A stretch of DNA of 63,421 bases, counting the filler, from Basidiobolus meristosporus CBS 931.73 (lineage: Eukaryota > Fungi > Basidiobolomycota): the NCBI GenBank assembly GCA_002104905.1. It is 3 parts of 3 records of this genome, joined end to end, with 100 filler letters (N's around TTAATTAATTAA, not from the genome) between each part and the next. Parts side by side here need not be neighbours in the genome. Positions count along the whole stretch, not along the records: positions 52,593 to 63,421 come from MCFE01001294.1; 2 more parts are not named here. One strand, 5' to 3'. The notes beneath the pieces were generated by a model. It was not told the origin of the DNA, searched no databases, and worked only from the letters and a program-made list of their open reading frames with translations. Positions 61,530 through 63,421 of this stretch are shown here, one piece after another. The stretch's first letter is position 1; each line of letters opens with the position of its first letter. Made by a program: the position numbers and the translations under genes.

Positions 61530-62828
61530 ATGCGCTTCACAAACGCTCTTTTGTTGGTCTCCTCCTCAATAGCCCTTACTCAGGCTGCACCAGTTCCCTC
61601 TGGTTGTAACGGTTTTCGCCTAACCTCTCCACCGAATGTTCCTGGCATCGTTTGGCATACTGGCACTGATCAATCCTTATCATGGGATACTGGTGCCTCT
61701 CGTGTTGAAACAGTCAAGAGCATCGCTCTCGTTAAAGAAGACCAAAGTGTAAACACGATTTTCACTAAGCCAAATGCTTCCGCGAATACCTGGGGATCCG
61801 TACAATTCACTCTTCCGGATGATGTTCCCAGTGGTGGATATTATTACCAGGTCACCGCAACCACCAATAATAATGAGAAGTGCGTCTTCAAATCCAACAG
61901 ATTCCAGCTCATTCAAACTAACCCCAAGCCTAATCCGCCAACCACCTCTACCACGGGTAAGCCCACCAGCAAACCTACGAGCGAACCCACCAGCAAACCT
62001 ACGAACAAGCCCACTAGTACCAGTAAAACTACTAGTGTCAAACCAACCACTACTCCTGACCCTGAGGTGGATGGCTGCAAGGGTTGGCGTTTAACCTCCC
62101 CTCCTAATATCCCAGGGATCAATTACAATGTTGGAACTGGTCAAGTTCTCTCCTGGGATACTGGCGCTTCTAGTCTGGATACCGTCAAGACTGTTGCCAT
62201 CGTCAAGAATGACAACACCGTTGATCAAATCTTCCTCCATCCTAATCAACCAGCCAATACCTGGGGCTATCTGAGTCTTGAGATCCCTAACGTTCCCACC
62301 GGTGACTACCGCTACCAGGTGATTGGTGTTACTAAGAAGGGCAAGAAATGTACCTTGAACTCAAACCCATTCCATGTTACCAATCCCAATCACAAGCCTT
62401 CCCCCAGTCCTACTCCTAGCCCTTCTCCTAGCCCTTCTCCTAGTCCTTCTCCTAGCCCATCTCCATCTCCATCTCCATCTCCATCTCCTTCACCTTCACC
62501 TTCTCCCTCAGAGTGCAAGGGATGGCGCATTACTGCACCACCTCTCATTCCTGGCCTCACCTGGAACACTGGCACTGGACAAAGTATCTCCTGGGACACT
62601 GGAGCATCCAAGGTTCAGACTATCAACAGCGTGGCCTTGGTAAAGAAGGACGGTAGCTACAAGAAGGTCTTCACCCGCCCAAATAAGCCAGCTGACACAT
62701 GGGGCTCTATCGAGTTTACCCTTCCTGTTGTCTCAAGCGGAGATTACCACTACCAAGTGATCTCCACCACCAAGAGCGGCGCGGAATGCCAAGCAGACTC
62801 CAACCCCTTCCATATCAACAAGGTGTAA
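61530..62828 (+). CDS. Secreted 432-aa triple-domain protein (copy C)
   Basis: Identical to copy B except for one fewer SP dipeptide. Confidence 0.9.
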   Translation: MRFTNALLLVSSSIALTQAAPVPSGCNGFRLTSPPNVPGIVWHTGTDQSLSWDTGASRVETVKSIALVKEDQSVNTIFTKPNASANTWGSVQFTLPDDVPSGGYYYQVTATTNNNEKCVFKSNRFQLIQTNPKPNPPTTSTTGKPTSKPTSEPTSKPTNKPTSTSKTTSVKPTTTPDPEVDGCKGWRLTSPPNIPGINYNVGTGQVLSWDTGASSLDTVKTVAIVKNDNTVDQIFLHPNQPANTWGYLSLEIPNVPTGDYRYQVIGVTKKGKKCTLNSNPFHVTNPNHKPSPSPTPSPSPSPSPSPSPSPSPSPSPSPSPSPSPSPSECKGWRITAPPLIPGLTWNTGTGQSISWDTGASKVQTINSVALVKKDGSYKKVFTRPNKPADTWGSIEFTLPVVSSGDYHYQVISTTKSGAECQADSNPFHINKV

Positions 62829-63317
62829 GCGAACGAGTAGTATACATAGACTGACCAACTGACTGCACATAACCAGCATTCGCATACCCCATTGGCATCG
62901 AGTGCAATCCAATCCAATCCAATCCAACTCAACTCCCGCTATTACATAATACCTTGTCTTTATTGAAATCATCATCAACATACATACATACATATGTATG
63001 AGTGTAAAAATTTACCTTTTGCTATATAAACCATATACCAATATCACAAACTAAGCTGCTTCGTACATTTTCTATCTTGGTAAATGTTTCCCATTAATCT
63101 GGTTGGTAATATTAGGGGATTCTCGTATTGGTGGAACCGTATCTGATACGTCTTGATAGTAAAGTGGTAGATTAACTGCACTACGAGCGGATGGCCTGAG
63201 TTCGACTCATAGCCAATGCATGTATGGATGCATTTTTATTTTTACCCAAATCAGGGCCTCAACACGTTGCCTAATGATAATGCGAAATCACTATACTCAA
63301 ATATTCATGTTTAAGAA

Positions 63318-63388
63318 GCGTTAATAGTATAGCGGTAGATTAACTGCCTTCCAAGCAGTTGGCCTGTGTTCGACTCCCAGTTAACGCG
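63318..63388 (+). tRNA. tRNA-Gly(TCC) variant, unit C
   Basis: Same sequence as 54231-54301. Confidence 0.75.
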
Positions 63389-63421
63389 CGCACGCATACA
63401 CTCTTATTTTTGCTTGAATCA

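Larger units (their letters stand above)
52593..63421 (+). repeat. Tandem array of ~4.54-kb units (at least 3 copies; starts at a gap and runs off the window)
   Basis: Stop codons of the repeated gene fall at 53741, 58289 and 62828 (spacing 4548 and 4539). The only differences I could find between copies lie in microsatellites. Confidence 0.97.

Overview
Eukaryotic genomic DNA, most likely from an early-diverging (non-Dikarya) fungus; this is inferred from ~55-75 nt GT-AG introns, a fungal-type RPS14 and an intron-containing KBL/GCAT gene. There are three compartments. (1) 1-23 kb is ordinary gene-dense sequence: a trihelix/Myb-SANT factor, a membrane-anchored disordered protein, RPS14, a coiled-coil protein, KBL, a C2H2 factor and a long-chain acyl-CoA synthetase. 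(2) About 23.2-46 kb is an almost CpG-free nest of transposons. It holds one Ty1/copia family (two full-length elements with 5-bp TSDs, truncated copies, solo LTRs, and an LTR-RNaseH tandem duplication), a 3.4-kb two-ORF PHIS (PIF/Harbinger-ISL2-type) DNA transposon with exact termini and TSD, and a second decayed copy of that transposase. (3) 46-63 kb is rich in secreted-protein genes: a Gly/Asn-repeat protein, a methyltransferase, a stomatin and a thaumatin-like protein with a rewired cysteine. It also has a tRNA-Thr(CGT) with a Met-like body, and a different LTR retroelement inserted 10 bp upstream of that tRNA. After a scaffold gap lies a near-identical ~4.54-kb tandem amplicon (at least 3 copies). 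Each unit couples a secreted protein of three Ig-like domains with a 168-bp-periodic tRNA-Gly(TCC) triplet. The best candidates for new biology are the amplicon, the apparently tRNA-targeted LTR element and the PHIS element. Two N-gaps (31822-31921, 52493-52592) limit adjacency claims. All coordinates were read by eye and no database search was run.
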